A stretch of DNA of 62,513 nt, the filler included, from Sphacelaria rigidula (lineage: Eukaryota): the NCBI GenBank assembly GCA_964200075.2. It is 9 parts of 9 records of this genome, joined end to end, with 100 filler letters (N's around TTAATTAATTAA, not from the genome) between each part and the next. Parts side by side here need not be neighbours in the genome. Positions count along the whole stretch, not along the records: positions 55,658 to 62,513 come from CAXNAA020017741.1; 8 more parts are not named here. One strand, 5' to 3'. Below, in pieces: positions 61,670 to 62,513 of this stretch. Every line of letters starts with the position of its first letter. The stretch's first letter is position 1. A model generated the notes under the pieces. It was not told the DNA's origin, ran no database searches, and saw only the letters and a list, made by a program, of their open reading frames with translations. A program made the translations under genes and the position numbers.

Positions 61670-62178
61670 AAAAGCTGGTAACGGCAAATAATGGCTGAAA
61701 CCATTATCCAAAATGTTCATATAACCATTATCATAATTATTATTATAATGGTGATGGCCAGTTATAACTGGTGCCATTTCCGAGCTCTAGAGATTCGTCT
61801 ACAGGAACGATTACTAGCCGGAATTGCTTTCGTTGCTCAATCTATACACAACAATGTTTTCGTGAGAAATAGCGTAGCGCGGTGATTGAGAGTGGCTTCG
61901 GTCATTCGCTCTGACTTGGCTAACTTTTCATTCCGTGTGTGCTTTTTTTGCCTCCATCACTAGCGTGTGCTTACAGCTACACGTCGATATCCTGCTCAGG
62001 GACATCAAGAGCCTCAGTGGCAAGCTACTGCGGAAATCACACCAGGGCTCGTGGAGAGGTATTTCGGAACTGAAATGATTCATTCACTAATTGAACGCTT
62101 TTCACTCTCAATATTAGTACCCTCTTCTCTCAATCTCACGATTACATTGTCATACACGAAACCGGCGAAATTCCTGTA

Positions 62179-62513
62179 AACACGGGATCTTACAAATTGG
62201 GGACGGATCTTTTATTCGGGATGAGGAACCCGGAGGATTAAAATCTTCGTACCCACACCAAATATTCGAAACTTGATTCCATTTCTTCACCTCCTGCTGA
62301 ACCCCATTGACAACTGCTACACAGCATAGAAATTTGGATTTCGATCACCGAAATGTTGGGGCCCTTGGTGAAAAACCAGTTTGGGGGAATTTCGGGTATC
62401 CGAACGGACGCCAAAATGGTTCCGAAATTGGTTTTTCACCTGGGACCCCATCATTTCGGTGATCGAAATCCTAATTTCTATGGCGTGTAGCAGTTGTCAA
62501 TAGCTATCAGTAG
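62179..62513. mobile_element. AACACGGG-family foldback MITE, second copy with spacer inverted, cut by window end
   Basis: Same arm as 61226. The central spacer is the reverse complement of the spacer at ~61420-61475. Confidence 0.88.

Overview
This is eukaryotic, transposon-rich DNA, most likely from a brown alga (Phaeophyceae). It is not one locus. Nine unrelated unplaced contigs of 6,856-6,858 bp, sorted by size, are joined by 100-bp N44-TTAATTAATTAA-N44 linkers, so no synteny can be read across linkers. Host coding sequence consists of four phase-compatible exons of a UNC-45-like ARM/UCS protein (contig 2), two 3' exons of a probable single-pass membrane protein (contig 3), one cyclic-nucleotide-binding-domain exon (contig 7), and an uninterrupted ~2.7-kb ORF of about 18 tandem 38-aa EsV-1-7 C-x4-C-x16-C-x2-H repeats (contig 5). 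Mobile DNA includes a 4.4-kb chromodomain Ty3/gypsy derivative, two degenerate LINE families, two tRNA-headed SINE families, many MITEs (TA, TTAA and 4-bp TSD types) and an OTU/vertnin-like pseudogene. The most notable observations are: (1) the EsV-1-7 array has a fixed scaffold with variable residues at set positions and higher-order duplications; (2) the gypsy element has lost the RT core and most of RNase H by in-frame deletion but keeps an open protease-integrase-chromodomain frame; (3) two independent elements have inserted in inverted orientation into their own family; (4) one LINE family ends in poly-C. All calls come from reading the sequence by eye; no searches were run.
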